DNA of 64,000 bases from contig JASEEZ010000002.1 of NCBI GenBank assembly GCA_030019215.1, forward strand, positions 12,081 through 76,080, given 5' to 3'. This document shows, piece after piece, positions 1 to 10,631 of this stretch (positions are counted from its first letter, which is position 1; each line of letters begins with the position of its first letter). The stretch is from Actinomycetota bacterium. GTDB lineage: Bacteria; Actinomycetota; Aquicultoria; Subteraquimicrobiales; UBA9087. The position numbers were made by a program, and so were the translations under genes. The notes beneath the pieces were generated by a model that had not been told where the DNA came from, searched no databases, and saw nothing but the letters and a program-made list of their open reading frames with translations.

Positions 1-455
1 GCAAGGGAGCGGCTCTGAAGAGTGGAATAGAGGCCACAGACGCCGATGTTTTGGTCTTCCTGGATGCGGATTTAGTCGGCTTGACTCCTCAACACATTCA
101 GGATTTGATCGATCCTCTCCTCTCGGACGAGGAGCTGATGATGACCGTGGGTAAATTCTCAGGGGGAAGATTTCGCACGGATCTCTCACAAAGCCTCGTC
201 CCCTTTATATCAGGACAAAGGGCTCTTAAGAGGGCTTTCCTGAAGGATGTGCCGGATATTTCCACGACGGGTTTTGCTGTCGAGCTAATTTTTACCAAGC
301 ACGCCAAGGATAGTGGAGCCAAAGTGAAAGAAGTTGCTCTCAATGATGCCACTCACATCATGAAGGAGGAGAAACAGGGATTTTTTCGCGGTTTGATGGC
401 GCGGTTGGGGATGTACGCCGACATAATTAAACACCTCCTCCCACGGAGGAGATAA
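1..455 (+). CDS. Glycosyltransferase family 2, C-terminal part (5' end lies outside window; frame opens at nt 3)
   Basis: The frame from nt 3 reads ...KGAALKSGIEATDADVLVFLDADL..., a GT2 DxD region, with no stop before 455. The ORF track start at 51 is an internal TTG. Confidence 0.6.
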   Translation, partial: KGAALKSGIEATDADVLVFLDADLVGLTPQHIQDLIDPLLSDEELMMTVGKFSGGRFRTDLSQSLVPFISGQRALKRAFLKDVPDISTTGFAVELIFTKHAKDSGAKVKEVALNDATHIMKEEKQGFFRGLMARLGMYADIIKHLLPRRR

Positions 456-550
456 CGAGGTCTTTCTTGCGCCATTTACTTGAATATGCTATCCTTAAGT
501 CGCAATTATTGGAGTGGGTAACAACCCACTCTTTTCATTAGGTTGGGGAA

Positions 551-1018
551 ATGGATAGGGCAGAGATAGTCTCGAAAGTTGAACAACTGATCTCTCCCAT
601 TTTGGAAGAGCAAGAATTTGAGCTGGTTGATGTAGAACTAAAAAAGGAGCCGGTTGGCCTGGTCTTGCGCATTTTCATTGACAGGGAGAGTGGAGTGAAC
701 CTGGATACCTGCAGCCGCGCCAGTGAGGTGATTGGTCAAGCTCTGGATAGGGCAGACCTGATCGCAACCCCTTACAGCCTGGAGATTTCTTCACCGGGAA
801 TTGAACGCCCATTGAGGAAACCAAAGGATTTTCGGCGGTTCACCGGTTCCAATATCTTTGTACGGACTATCAAGCCTCTAAATAACAGGAGGCAGTTCAA
901 GGGAGTACTAAAATCGGCGGGGGACGAATCCTTTGCTATTCAATGTGATGGCGAGTTGGTGGAGATATCCTACGGTCTTGTTTCCAAGGCACACTTAGTT
1001 GTAGGCCTGGTATTTTGA
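551..1018 (+). CDS. rimP: Ribosome maturation factor RimP
   Basis: A 155-aa product with typical RimP N- and C-domains (EFELVDVELKKE...LEISSPGIERPL), directly upstream of nusA. Confidence 0.85.
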   Translation: MDRAEIVSKVEQLISPILEEQEFELVDVELKKEPVGLVLRIFIDRESGVNLDTCSRASEVIGQALDRADLIATPYSLEISSPGIERPLRKPKDFRRFTGSNIFVRTIKPLNNRRQFKGVLKSAGDESFAIQCDGELVEISYGLVSKAHLVVGLVF

Positions 1019-1031
1019 AAGGAGCCTGGTA

Positions 1032-2162
1032 ATGAATTCGGAGCTCATCGAGGCTTTGAGGCAAATTGAAAGGGAAAAAAGGATCGATCCAGATACCATT
1101 CTCGAGGCTTTAAAAAGTGCTCTCGCCTCTGCTTACAGGCGGGATTATGGAGCGGGGCCAAATGTCAGGGTGGAAATCAATAAAGAGACGGGGGAGATAA
1201 AAGTCTTTTCCGAAGAAACGGTCGAGCGCGATGGTAAAGAGGAAGTAGTCGAGGTCGAAGTAACCCCAGACAACTTTGGTCGTGTCGCTGCACAAACCGC
1301 CAAGCAGGTCATCCTCCAGAGAATCCGCGAAGCGGAACGCGAGTTGATGTACGAAGAATATGTCGGTCGTGAGGGTGATATCGTGACGGGCATCATCGAG
1401 CAGAGCGACCAGCGATATACCTTGGTCAATTTGGGTAGGGTAGAGGCCCTGCTTCCTCCAACCGAGCAGGTTCCCATGGAGAGATACGACCACGGGACTC
1501 GCCTCAAGACCTACATTGTGGAGGTTCGGCGCACCACCAAAGAGCCGCAGATCATTGTCTCCAGAACTCACCCGGGTCTCCTTAAGAGGCTTTTTGAGTT
1601 GGAGGTCCCCGAGATCTTCGATGGGTTTGTGGAGATAAAAACCGTGGCTCGAGAGCCAGGTCATCGATCGAAAGTTGCTGTGGCCTCGCGAGATCCAAAC
1701 ATCGATCCGGTAGGTGCCTGCGTGGGCCCCCGTGGCTCCAGGGTGCGCATGATCGTAAACGAGTTGCGTGGTGAGAAGATAGACATCATGGAGTGGAATG
1801 AAGATCCTGCTACCTTCGTTGCCAACGCCTTAAGTCCTGCCAAGGTCAAGGAGGTCAAAATCGATGAAGGGGAACACACAGCCAAAGTAATTGTTCCCGA
1901 CGACCAGCTCTCTTTGGCCATTGGAAAGGAGGGACAGAACGCTAGGCTGGCAGCAAAGCTTACCGGTTGGCGAATCGATATCGAGAGCGAGTCTCAAGCC
2001 AAGGAGAGAGCCAAAGTTTTGTTGGAAAAGGCTCTGGCGGAGGAAACATGCCAGGCGATAACCTCTTCCGGGAAACAGTGCAAGAACAGAGCCAAGCCTG
2101 GCAGCGCCTACTGTGGAGTTCACAAGAAGTTGGAGCAAAAAGGAGATAACGTAGGTGACTAA
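1032..2162 (+). CDS. nusA: Transcription termination/antitermination factor NusA with a Cys-rich C-terminal tail
   Basis: NTD, S1 and KH1/KH2 signatures are present (GDIVTGIIEQ, VGACVGPRGSRV, IGKEGQNARLA). The last ~40 aa are a Cys/His tail, CQAITSSGKQCKNRAKPGSAYCGVHKK. Confidence 0.9.
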   Translation: MNSELIEALRQIEREKRIDPDTILEALKSALASAYRRDYGAGPNVRVEINKETGEIKVFSEETVERDGKEEVVEVEVTPDNFGRVAAQTAKQVILQRIREAERELMYEEYVGREGDIVTGIIEQSDQRYTLVNLGRVEALLPPTEQVPMERYDHGTRLKTYIVEVRRTTKEPQIIVSRTHPGLLKRLFELEVPEIFDGFVEIKTVAREPGHRSKVAVASRDPNIDPVGACVGPRGSRVRMIVNELRGEKIDIMEWNEDPATFVANALSPAKVKEVKIDEGEHTAKVIVPDDQLSLAIGKEGQNARLAAKLTGWRIDIESESQAKERAKVLLEKALAEETCQAITSSGKQCKNRAKPGSAYCGVHKKLEQKGDNVGD

Positions 2163-2445
2163 GAAGAAAGTACCACTCAGGACTTGCATTGGTTGCGGAG
2201 AGGTGAAACCAAAGAAGGAGTTACTCAGAATCGTTCGCACTCCCAATCGAGAGATCAATTTCGATCCCACGGGCAAAGCGAGTGGGCGGGGCGCTTATAT
2301 GTGTCCCAAAAAGGGCTGTCTTGACCTGGCGGTTAAGAAAAAGAGGTTTTCGGTTGCCCTTGAAGTTCCTGAAAGTGAGAAAGAGGTTGAGAAGTTGGCG
2401 GTCGCCCTTTCTGAGCACTTCTCACCCAAGGCGGATGCTAGGTGA
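2155..2445 (+). CDS. ylxR: YlxR/RnpM-family DUF448 RNA-binding protein
   Basis: Carries LRTCIGCG...R.........GRGAYMC, the DUF448 signature, in the conserved nusA-ylxR-infB position. Confidence 0.8.
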   Translation: MTKKKVPLRTCIGCGEVKPKKELLRIVRTPNREINFDPTGKASGRGAYMCPKKGCLDLAVKKKRFSVALEVPESEKEVEKLAVALSEHFSPKADAR

Positions 2446-2451
2446 TGCTTT

Positions 2452-4425
2452 GTGAGCAAGGTAAGAGTCCATGAGCTAGCCAAAGAAATGAGCCTATCCA
2501 GTGCCGAGCTCATTAAGAAGCTCGATGCGATGGGGATACGGGTGAAGAACCACTTCGCCATCCTGGAAGAGAGTGTGGTGGAACGGTTTCGTGAGGGCAA
2601 GAGCAAGTCCGCTGTGAAGGAAAAATCCACCGAGGTTTCCGAAAAATCCAAGGTAAAGGAGCCCCCAGAGTCGAAGAAGAAAACCTCCAAAGAACTGAGG
2701 GTGCCCGAGGGAACAACTGTTAAAGAGTTCGCAACGATGGTGGGCAAGAACCCAACCGATCTCATCAAGATACTCATGCGCCTGGGGGAGATGGTTACCA
2801 TAAACCAGCCCTTGAGCCATGAGGCCATCAATGTTCTGGCCGACGAGTTCGGCTACGAGGCCCATATTATCTCCCCCGAGGAGGTGGGGGAAGAATATGT
2901 GGAGGCCCCAACCGATACAAGACCCCGTTCCCCCGTTGTCACCGTCATGGGCCATGTCGACCATGGCAAAACATCCCTACTCGATGTCGTTCGGAAAACC
3001 GATGTGATTTCGCAAGAATTTGGTGGAATTACCCAGCATATCGGTGCTTATCAGGTTCTTCATGATGGGAGAAAGATTACCTTCATCGATACACCGGGTC
3101 ACGAGGCCTTCACCGCCATGAGAGCCCGAGGGGCTAAGGTCACCGACATCGCTGTTCTGGTTGTAGCCGCCGACGATGGGGTGATGCCCCAAACCATAGA
3201 GGCCATCGATCATGCCAGGGCGGCAAACGTTCCCATACTGGTAGCAATAAACAAGATAGACAAGCCAGAGGCAAATCCCGAAAAGGTGAAAAAGCAGCTC
3301 ACTGAGCATAACCTCGCTCCGGAGGAGTGGGGTGGGCACACTGTTTTCGTTGAGGTTTCTGCCAAGCAAAAAATAAACATCGAGGAACTTCTAGAGATGA
3401 TCCTTTTGGTAGCGGATATGCGGGAACTGAAAACCAACTACGGAGGCCCAGCGAGCGGTGTGGCCATCGAAGCCAAGTTGGATAAGGGGCGGGGGCCCGT
3501 TGCTACCGTGCTCATTCACCGGGGAATCTTGAGGGTGGGCGACGCCATCGTAGCTGGACTGGCTCATGGTAAGGTTAGAGCAATGGTGGATGACAAGGGA
3601 AATCAGGTCACCGAAGCCACTCCGGCTATGCCCGTAGAGGTATTGGGACTTTCTTCCGTCCCTCAAGCTGGAGACGAGGTGAAGGTAGTTGCGGACGAAA
3701 AAACTGCTCGAGAGATAGCCGAGGAGAGGGCGCTGAAGCGACGGGTAATCGAAATGAGGAAAAGAAAGGCTGTGACCCTTGATAATCTCTTTGAAAAAAT
3801 AAAAGAGGGGGAAGCCAGGGAATTAAATTTGGTAATTAAGGGAGATACCCAGGGTTCGATCGAAGCCCTCAAGGAAGCTCTGGAAAAGATCGGGCAGGAC
3901 GAGGTAGGGCTGAATGTGATCCATAAGGGAGTTGGTGCTATCTCTGAGACCGATGTCATGCTCGCCGCGGCCTCCAATGCTATCATCATTGGATTTAATG
4001 TACGACCGGGGCCCAAGGCCAAAGAGCTAGCCGCAAAGGAGCAGATAGACTTAAGGACTTACCGTGTAATCTACCAGGTTACTGAGGATATCGAGACTGC
4101 CAAGGCTGGTTTGCTGAAACCTAAGTTTGAAGAAGTGGAGTTGGGACGGGTGGAGGTCCGGGCTACTTTCAAGATTCCTAAGGTGGGAACGGTGGCCGGG
4201 GGTTTTGTTCTCGAGGGGGAAATTGAGCGAGGCTCTAAGGCTCGAATGATTAGGGATGGGGTAGTCATCTACGAGGGATCCATCGCCTCCCTCCGCCGGT
4301 TCAAAGAGGATGTCCCCACGGTAAAATCCGGTTTTGAATGCGGTATCAGCTTGGAGAATTTCCAAGACATTAAGGTGGGGGATATAATCGAGACCTTTGC
4401 CTTGGTGGAGAAATCACGCGAATAG
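2452..4425 (+). CDS. infB: Translation initiation factor IF-2
   Basis: GTG start. G domain motifs [22 protein letters not shown] and NKID are present, and there is an IF2 C-terminal domain. Confidence 0.92.
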   Translation: MSKVRVHELAKEMSLSSAELIKKLDAMGIRVKNHFAILEESVVERFREGKSKSAVKEKSTEVSEKSKVKEPPESKKKTSKELRVPEGTTVKEFATMVGKNPTDLIKILMRLGEMVTINQPLSHEAINVLADEFGYEAHIISPEEVGEEYVEAPTDTRPRSPVVTVMGHVDHGKTSLLDVVRKTDVISQEFGGITQHIGAYQVLHDGRKITFIDTPGHEAFTAMRARGAKVTDIAVLVVAADDGVMPQTIEAIDHARAANVPILVAINKIDKPEANPEKVKKQLTEHNLAPEEWGGHTVFVEVSAKQKINIEELLEMILLVADMRELKTNYGGPASGVAIEAKLDKGRGPVATVLIHRGILRVGDAIVAGLAHGKVRAMVDDKGNQVTEATPAMPVEVLGLSSVPQAGDEVKVVADEKTAREIAEERALKRRVIEMRKRKAVTLDNLFEKIKEGEARELNLVIKGDTQGSIEALKEALEKIGQDEVGLNVIHKGVGAISETDVMLAAASNAIIIGFNVRPGPKAKELAAKEQIDLRTYRVIYQVTEDIETAKAGLLKPKFEEVELGRVEVRATFKIPKVGTVAGGFVLEGEIERGSKARMIRDGVVIYEGSIASLRRFKEDVPTVKSGFECGISLENFQDIKVGDIIETFALVEKSRE

Positions 4426-4451
4426 GCCTGCTGTTCAGTGGGTGAGAAGAA

Positions 4452-4745
4452 ATGGTGATAGGAGTATCCAAACTAGAACTACTCCTCCCAGAGTGCGGTT
4501 CGCTCAAGGAGAAGAGGCAGGTTGTTAAAAGCATTCTCGATCGAGTTAAGAATAAATTTGGTGTCTCCGCGGCGGAAATAGACCATCATGACCTCCGGCA
4601 GAGGGCCTCGTTAGGCATCGCTTGCATTGTCCAAACCAACTATCAGGCGAAAAAGCTTCTCTCCAAGGTGGAACGCTTTGTGGAGCAACTCAACAAAGCA
4701 AATATCCTCAATAATCACGTTACCACTCTTGTGCTCGAAGAATAA
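4452..4745 (+). CDS. DUF503 protein (YlxP-like)
   Basis: A 97-aa ORF between infB and rbfA, as ylxP is in B. subtilis. Motif LPECGSLKEKRQVVKSI. Confidence 0.7.
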   Translation: MVIGVSKLELLLPECGSLKEKRQVVKSILDRVKNKFGVSAAEIDHHDLRQRASLGIACIVQTNYQAKKLLSKVERFVEQLNKANILNNHVTTLVLEE

Positions 4746-4784
4746 GGTTGAATTTCTGTTGTATCTCAATAAAAGAGGGAAGAA

Positions 4785-5168
4785 ATGGAACGCTCTCGCA
4801 CTTCTCGTTTGGGGGAAGTTTTTAAGAAAGAAATAAGCGACATCATCAAAAAAGATCTCAAGGATCCCCGAATAGGGTTTGTCACCATAACCGCGGTGGA
4901 GATCTCGCCGGATCTCAAACGCGCCACAGTTTTCCTCAGCGTTTTGGGTGGTCAGGAAGAACACAAGAGATCCTTAAAGGGCCTAAAGAATGCAAGGGGC
5001 CATATCAGGAGTGAATTGGGCAAAAGAGTTAGACTTAAGTTTCTTCCCGAACTCTTCTTTGAGATCGATAAGTCCATAGAAGAAGGAGTGCGCATCTCGG
5101 AGTTGATAAAACACCTTCATTTCGCCACATCCGTTGATGCTTTGGAGGAAGATAATGAAGAGAGTTGA
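4785..5168 (+). CDS. rbfA: Ribosome-binding factor A
   Basis: A 127-aa ORF with the RbfA KH-like fold motifs (RLGEVFKKEISDII...PRIGFVTITAVEISPDLKRATVF). Confidence 0.85.
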   Translation: MERSRTSRLGEVFKKEISDIIKKDLKDPRIGFVTITAVEISPDLKRATVFLSVLGGQEEHKRSLKGLKNARGHIRSELGKRVRLKFLPELFFEIDKSIEEGVRISELIKHLHFATSVDALEEDNEES

Positions 5169-6150
5169 TGATCTCTCGTCACTGGTTGATCTGATCAGCA
5201 AGGAGGAAGAGTTTACACTCGCCACGCACGTAAATCCCGATGGAGATGCTATCGGCTCGCTTCTGGGATTGGGGCTTTTGCTCAGAAAGATGAACAAGTG
5301 GATTTTCGCGGGCCATCCCACTAATGGCAAGCTACCTCCTCAATACTCCTTTCTCCCAGGCAGAGAACTCTTACGGAATCCTTCAGAGTGCCCCTCCCGA
5401 CCCACCTGTTTTATCGCTATCGATTGCGCTAACTTGAAGAGATTGGGGAAGATGCGAACTCCTGCCCAAAAAGCCCGCCTACTGATAAATCTCGACCACC
5501 ACCACGATAATACCAGATTCGGTCATCTTAATATGGTGGATGAGAGCTATTCGGCTACGGCCGAGATCATCTTTGCAATCAGCCAAAGGCTTGGCCAAAA
5601 ACTCGATCGAGACATTGCTACCTGCCTTTACACAGGAATAGTCACGGATACAGGACGCTTCCAGTATTCGAACACAAATCAAAGGACATTCCAGGTAGCT
5701 CAAGAGATGCTGGCGTATGGTGTTTCCCCCACCCACATCTTCCAGAACGTCTACGAAAATTTATCCTTTCCCTGTCTAAAGCTTTTGGGAAGGGTCCTCG
5801 ATAGAGCCAAATTCCTACCAGCGAAAGGAATTGTTTATTCCTTTGTTTCTCAGAGGGATCTCCCCGCCGTTGGTGGGGCAGAAATAGAGGAAACCGAAAA
5901 CTTTGTCGATCTCTTGAGGGCAGTGAAGGAAGCTGAAGTAGCTGTAATCTTAAAAGAGATGGCCAATGGGACGATCAAGGGTAGCCTCCGTTCTAAGGGG
6001 AGAATTGATGTGAGCAAGTTGGCAGAGAAGTTCAAGGGCGGGGGGCACCCCAGCGCTGCTGGTTTCTCCTCGTCCTACAGTTTGGAGAAAACCATCGATG
6101 TCCTACTAAAGCTCCTCGAAAGCAATGAACGGCATTCTAATCATAAATAA
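5134..6150 (+). CDS. nrnA: DHH/DHHA1 phosphoesterase (NrnA-like bifunctional oligoribonuclease / pAp phosphatase)
   Basis: DHH motif NLDHHHDN and DHHA1 motif KFKGGGHPSAAG. Confidence 0.75.
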   Translation: MMLWRKIMKRVDDLSSLVDLISKEEEFTLATHVNPDGDAIGSLLGLGLLLRKMNKWIFAGHPTNGKLPPQYSFLPGRELLRNPSECPSRPTCFIAIDCANLKRLGKMRTPAQKARLLINLDHHHDNTRFGHLNMVDESYSATAEIIFAISQRLGQKLDRDIATCLYTGIVTDTGRFQYSNTNQRTFQVAQEMLAYGVSPTHIFQNVYENLSFPCLKLLGRVLDRAKFLPAKGIVYSFVSQRDLPAVGGAEIEETENFVDLLRAVKEAEVAVILKEMANGTIKGSLRSKGRIDVSKLAEKFKGGGHPSAAGFSSSYSLEKTIDVLLKLLESNERHSNHK

Positions 6151-7066
6151 ACCAAAGGGAATGACCTCTCACGATGTTGTTCAAAGGGTTCGGAGACTGA
6201 CAGGTAACCGAAGGATTGGGCATGCTGGGACGCTTGATCCGCTCGCCACAGGTGTGCTGGTTGTTTGCGTCGGAAAAGCAACCCGCTTAGCTCAATTTCT
6301 CCAATCCGATTCCAAGGAGTACTCTGCCGAGATGACTTTGGGAATTGAGACGGATACTCAAGATGGTACTGGGAAGATTCTCTCACGGAATCCTTGCTTG
6401 GTAAAAAAGAAGGAAGTCATCGATGCTTTGAGAAATTTCAAGGGAGCAATTTGGCAGACCCCACCCATGACCTCGGCAATTAAGCATAAAGGGAAACCTC
6501 TTTACAAACTTGCCCGCAAAGGCATCGAGGTTGAGCGGCGACCACGGTTGGTGAGTATCTATAAATTGGAGTTACTGGAAGTGAAAACTGACGACTACCC
6601 GAGAGTGCGCATCCAAGTCGGCTGCTCCAAGGGGACATATATTCGCACCCTGTGCGCCGATATAGGGAGGGCTTTGAGCTGTGGTGCCCACATGAGCAAT
6701 CTCACTCGAACGAGAGCGGGCAATTTTAAGATAAGGGAGGCTCTTGGCCTGGAAGAATTGAGCAAAATTGCTGAGGAAAAAAGTCTGAATAAGGTGTTAA
6801 TCCCGATGAATAAGGTTTTGCCGTACCCAGCGGTTGTCGTTAAGGGGCCCTTCGTCTCCAAAATTCTCAATGGTGCTCCTTTGCGAGGAGAAATGATGGA
6901 ACCGAAGTATACTCTCGGCGAAGGCGAGATTGTACAACTGTGGGATCCTAACGGCGAACTCCTGGCTGTCGATAAGACCACGAGACCCATCGAGGGGGAT
7001 TTAAGACAAAAACCGGGGGAGATAGTTGCAAGACCGCTTTGCGTTGTGGGGGTGGTTAGCCCATGA
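6125..7066 (+). CDS. truB: tRNA pseudouridine(55) synthase TruB
   Basis: Motifs NGILIINKPKGMTSHDVV and HAGTLDPLATGVLVVCVGKAT, with a PUA domain at the C-terminus. Confidence 0.9.
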   Translation: MNGILIINKPKGMTSHDVVQRVRRLTGNRRIGHAGTLDPLATGVLVVCVGKATRLAQFLQSDSKEYSAEMTLGIETDTQDGTGKILSRNPCLVKKKEVIDALRNFKGAIWQTPPMTSAIKHKGKPLYKLARKGIEVERRPRLVSIYKLELLEVKTDDYPRVRIQVGCSKGTYIRTLCADIGRALSCGAHMSNLTRTRAGNFKIREALGLEELSKIAEEKSLNKVLIPMNKVLPYPAVVVKGPFVSKILNGAPLRGEMMEPKYTLGEGEIVQLWDPNGELLAVDKTTRPIEGDLRQKPGEIVARPLCVVGVVSP

Positions 7067-8001
7067 AGATCGTGTACGGAGTGGAGAATCTTAAGCTAAC
7101 GGCATCAGAGAGCGTGGCCAGCGTCGGTGTTTTCGATGGTGTCCACAGAGGCCATCAGGAAATCATAAAGACCGTAGTCAAAGAGGCAAAAGAGAGAGGA
7201 GTCCCGAGCATTGTTGTCACCTTTGAACCTCATCCCCTGGAAGTAACCAGTCCCGGCAGTCACCCGCCCATTCTGACCAGCTTGGATTTAAAAGCTGAAC
7301 TCATCGGGGAGTTGGGCGTGGATCTCCTCCTAGTCATTCCATTCACTAAGGAGTTTGCCGATCTAGCTCCCATGAATTTCATCGAAAATATCCTGGTGAA
7401 AGCCCTTCGTGTGATCTGTGTGGTCGTTGGTGAAGATTTTAAATTCGGCAGGCGAGCGGAGGGAAGCGCCGCTCTCTTGGGGGATTATGGCAAGAGGTAT
7501 GGTTTTGATGTCATTTGCCTGCCTCTTCTTTACCTTGAGGGGATGCCCGTCAGCAGCACTCGCACCCGAAATCTTCTCCAGCGAGGGGATATAGAAGCCG
7601 CCAGGGAGATTTTGGGTAGGCATCCCAGGATCAGCGGTTGGGTGGTTAGGGGAACCGGTCTGGCCTATTCTAAACTCGGTTTTTCCACCACAAACATCGA
7701 AACTCATGACAAAGCCTCGGTTCTAAGAGAAGGGGTATATGCTGGTCTTATCCATTTAAACGGTGATCGCAAGATCTGTGCGATTCACATTGGAACCAGT
7801 CCCACCCTAGGAATCAAGAAGCCCAGAATAGAAGCGCACATACTGGATTTTGATGGAGAGCTTTACGAGAAACGGGTGGAGCTGGAAATATATCATAAGA
7901 TTCGAGACGTCAAAGCCTTTAAAGACGAAAGGTCCCTGGCCGATCAGATAAAAAAGGATATCCAAACCACCAAGCGGATCATGGGAAGGCTTAAAGGGTA
8001 G
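7063..8001 (+). CDS. ribF: Bifunctional riboflavin kinase / FMN adenylyltransferase RibF
   Basis: FAD synthetase N-domain (GVFDGVHRGHQ) and a riboflavin kinase C-domain, in the conserved truB-ribF-rpsO order. Confidence 0.9.
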   Translation: MKIVYGVENLKLTASESVASVGVFDGVHRGHQEIIKTVVKEAKERGVPSIVVTFEPHPLEVTSPGSHPPILTSLDLKAELIGELGVDLLLVIPFTKEFADLAPMNFIENILVKALRVICVVVGEDFKFGRRAEGSAALLGDYGKRYGFDVICLPLLYLEGMPVSSTRTRNLLQRGDIEAAREILGRHPRISGWVVRGTGLAYSKLGFSTTNIETHDKASVLREGVYAGLIHLNGDRKICAIHIGTSPTLGIKKPRIEAHILDFDGELYEKRVELEIYHKIRDVKAFKDERSLADQIKKDIQTTKRIMGRLKG

Positions 8002-8155
8002 TCAACACAAGCCATTTGTTTACTCACCCTCTAAAGTGTGCTAAAATTTCTCTCAGAAAATAGAGGAGATATTTTCCCCTCTACCATTTACTGGGATGGT
8101 GACTCACCAACGCTTCCTCGGTAAATGGGTTTCAAATAGAGGAGGTGAATGAAGT

Positions 8156-8425
8156 TTGGCTCTGCCAAAGGAAGAGAAGTCCAACCTAATTAAGCAGTTT
8201 CAACAACACGAGACCGATACTGGTTCCCCAGAAGTACAGATCGCTATCTTGACCACGCGCATCAAGGGACTCACCGATCATCTCAAAAAACATAAAAAGG
8301 ACCATCACTCCCGCCGCGGTCTTTTGAAGATGGTGGGGCAGAGAAGAAGGTTACTAAATTACCTTAAAGAGCTCGATATCGAGCGGTACCGAAACGTGAT
8401 CGAAAAATTGAAATTGCGTGACTAG
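8156..8425 (+). CDS. rpsO: 30S ribosomal protein S15
   Basis: An 89-aa ORF carrying the S15 signature [36 protein letters not shown]. Confidence 0.9.
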   Translation: MALPKEEKSNLIKQFQQHETDTGSPEVQIAILTTRIKGLTDHLKKHKKDHHSRRGLLKMVGQRRRLLNYLKELDIERYRNVIEKLKLRD

Positions 8426-8426
8426 G

Positions 8427-8450
8427 AGGGCGGATACGCCCTTAATTTTT
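8427..8450 (+). terminator. Rho-independent terminator after rpsO (AGGGCG-GATA-CGCCCT followed by TAATTTTT)
   Basis: A 6-bp GC stem with a 4-nt loop and a T-run lies directly after the rpsO stop. This matches the classic rpsO attenuator/terminator ahead of pnp. Confidence 0.55.
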
Positions 8451-8492
8451 ATGAATGAAGTCCACTTTTAAATTTCAAGGAGGCAAGAGAGT

Positions 8493-10631
8493 TTGCGAGT
8501 GATAAAAAGAGAGATCGAATTGGGAGGTAAAACCATCTCCCTCGAAACAGGAAAGCTTGCCCGACAAGCCAATGGAGCGGTTACTGTAAGATGTGAAGAC
8601 ACGGTCGTTCTCGTTACCGCCGTAGCTTCGGAAAAACCCTTAGAGGACGTTGGTTTTCTTCCTCTCACCGTGGATGTCGAGGCAAAGATGTATGCGGTGG
8701 GTAGAATACCCGGTAGTTTCTTCAGGCGTGAAGGTCGCCCCCTCGAGAATGCTATCCTCAACGCCCGATTGATAGATCGGCCTCTCCGACCTTCTTTCCC
8801 TTCTGATTTCAGACACGAGGTTCAGATCATTGCCACCATTCTCTCTGTCGATCAGGTTAATCCCCCCGATGTTTTCGCACTGTTGGGGGCTTCAGCCGCA
8901 CTGACCATTTCCGATATCCCCTTTCAGGGACCATTGGGAGCGGTCAGGATCGGACGGATAGGAGAGAGATGGATTGTTAACCCCACTTTCCAGGAGCTCG
9001 ATCACAGCGAAATGGATATTGTAGTGGCTGGTACCAGGGGAGCCATCCTCATGGTCGAAGCAGGGGCAAAAGAAGTGGGTGAAGGGGATGTCCTGCAGGC
9101 CCTAGAGGAGGCACAAAAGTCCATAAACAAGCTGATCGACTTTCAAGAGGAGTTCAGAAACGAAGTCGGTGTATCCAAAAGAGAGGTTGTGCCTCCCGCC
9201 GCCGATGCTGTGGTTGAGCAAAGAGTGAGGGAATATGCCACCGACAAACTGAGAGATGCACTTAGAAGCCCCGATAAGCTAGCTCAGGAGGAGGCTATCG
9301 CCCTGATAGAGGACGAAGCGACGGAGCGACTCACCGCCATGCTTGAGGGAAAAGAACACTACATCGCCTCCGTTCTCGATGAGATCAAAAAGGAGGAAGT
9401 CCGAAGGATAATCTTGGAGGATGAAGTCAGAATTGATGGCAGAAGACCGGACGAGATTAGAACCATCTCTTGTGAGGTGGGCATCCTTCCCCGACCCCAC
9501 GGCTCCGGTCTCTTTGTGCGGGGACAAACCGAAGTACTCTCCATCCTTACCCTGGGGACCGCTGGCGAGGAACAGAGGATAGACGATCTGGGCGTGCAGG
9601 AGACAAAACGTTTCCTGCACCACTACAACTTTCCTCCTTTCTGTACGGGAGATGTTGGAGTAATGCGAGGCCCCAGAAGGCGAGAGATTGGCCACGGCGC
9701 TCTAGCCGAGCGGGCTCTCCTTCCTCTCATTCCACCACAGGAGGATTTCCCTTACACCATTAGATTAGTGACCGAGGTCCTCGAGTCGAATGGTTCTACT
9801 TCTATGGCCAGCGTATGCGCTGGTAGCCTAGCGTTGATGGATGGCGGTGTTCCCATACGGGAGCACGTCGCCGGCATTGCCATGGGCTTGGTCAAAGAGG
9901 GGAATAGATCGGTGATTCTAACGGATATCTTGGGGGTGGAGGATGCTTTGGGGGATATGGATTTCAAGGTGGCTGGGACAGCCAAAGGAATCACTGCTCT
10001 TCAAATGGACATGAAGATTGCCGGCATTGGAGTGGATGTGCTCAAAGAGGCACTTGAAAGAGCAAAAGAAGCACGACTGTACATTTTGGGTAAGATGAAT
10101 GAGGCAATCGCCAAACCCCGGGAAGAACTCTCCGAATTCGCGCCTAGAATAGTCGTTCTGAAGATAAGTCCCGAAAAAATTGGCGGGGTCATTGGTCCCG
10201 GAGGGAGGATGATCCGCAGCATCATTGAGGAGACCGGCGTGACCATCGACATCGAGGATGATGGAACGGTGTTTATCGCCTCGAGGGATAAAGTGGGTAC
10301 TCAGAGAGCCTGTGAGATCGTTGAATCCATCACAAAGGACCCCAAGGTTGGCGAGAGGTATATGGGGACAGTGACCAAAACCACCAGCTTTGGAGCTTTT
10401 GTGGAAATCCTCCCCGGCAGAGAAGGTCTCGTTCACATTTCCAGGCTTGCTAAGAGGCGGGTGCCCACAGTAGAGGACGTTGTGAAGGTTGGAGATAAGC
10501 TCCTCGTAGAGGTCATAGACATAGATAAACAAAGACGAATAAGTCTGGCCGCCGTAGATCTGGGTTTAGGCGAAGCGATTAAGCCTCGGGGCGAAGGGAC
10601 GAAACCCCTCACGAGACGGAGTCGCCAATGA
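8493..10631 (+). CDS. pnp: Polyribonucleotide nucleotidyltransferase (PNPase)
   Basis: A 712-aa ORF with two RNase PH domains, a KH domain and an S1 domain (ERYMGTVTKTTSFGAFVEILPGREGLVHISRLA). Confidence 0.95.
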   Translation: MRVIKREIELGGKTISLETGKLARQANGAVTVRCEDTVVLVTAVASEKPLEDVGFLPLTVDVEAKMYAVGRIPGSFFRREGRPLENAILNARLIDRPLRPSFPSDFRHEVQIIATILSVDQVNPPDVFALLGASAALTISDIPFQGPLGAVRIGRIGERWIVNPTFQELDHSEMDIVVAGTRGAILMVEAGAKEVGEGDVLQALEEAQKSINKLIDFQEEFRNEVGVSKREVVPPAADAVVEQRVREYATDKLRDALRSPDKLAQEEAIALIEDEATERLTAMLEGKEHYIASVLDEIKKEEVRRIILEDEVRIDGRRPDEIRTISCEVGILPRPHGSGLFVRGQTEVLSILTLGTAGEEQRIDDLGVQETKRFLHHYNFPPFCTGDVGVMRGPRRREIGHGALAERALLPLIPPQEDFPYTIRLVTEVLESNGSTSMASVCAGSLALMDGGVPIREHVAGIAMGLVKEGNRSVILTDILGVEDALGDMDFKVAGTAKGITALQMDMKIAGIGVDVLKEALERAKEARLYILGKMNEAIAKPREELSEFAPRIVVLKISPEKIGGVIGPGGRMIRSIIEETGVTIDIEDDGTVFIASRDKVGTQRACEIVESITKDPKVGERYMGTVTKTTSFGAFVEILPGREGLVHISRLAKRRVPTVEDVVKVGDKLLVEVIDIDKQRRISLAAVDLGLGEAIKPRGEGTKPLTRRSRQ

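Noticed and set aside
1110-2831. Multiple minus-strand ORFs of 86-184 aa (1110-1664, 1145-1507, 1830-2276, 2295-2831) antisense to nusA/ylxR/infB
   Set aside because: They lie entirely inside strongly supported + strand genes and have no RBS and low-complexity Ser/Leu-rich products. They are typical antisense shadows in 50% GC DNA. The same applies to most minus-strand ORFs through 48 kb.
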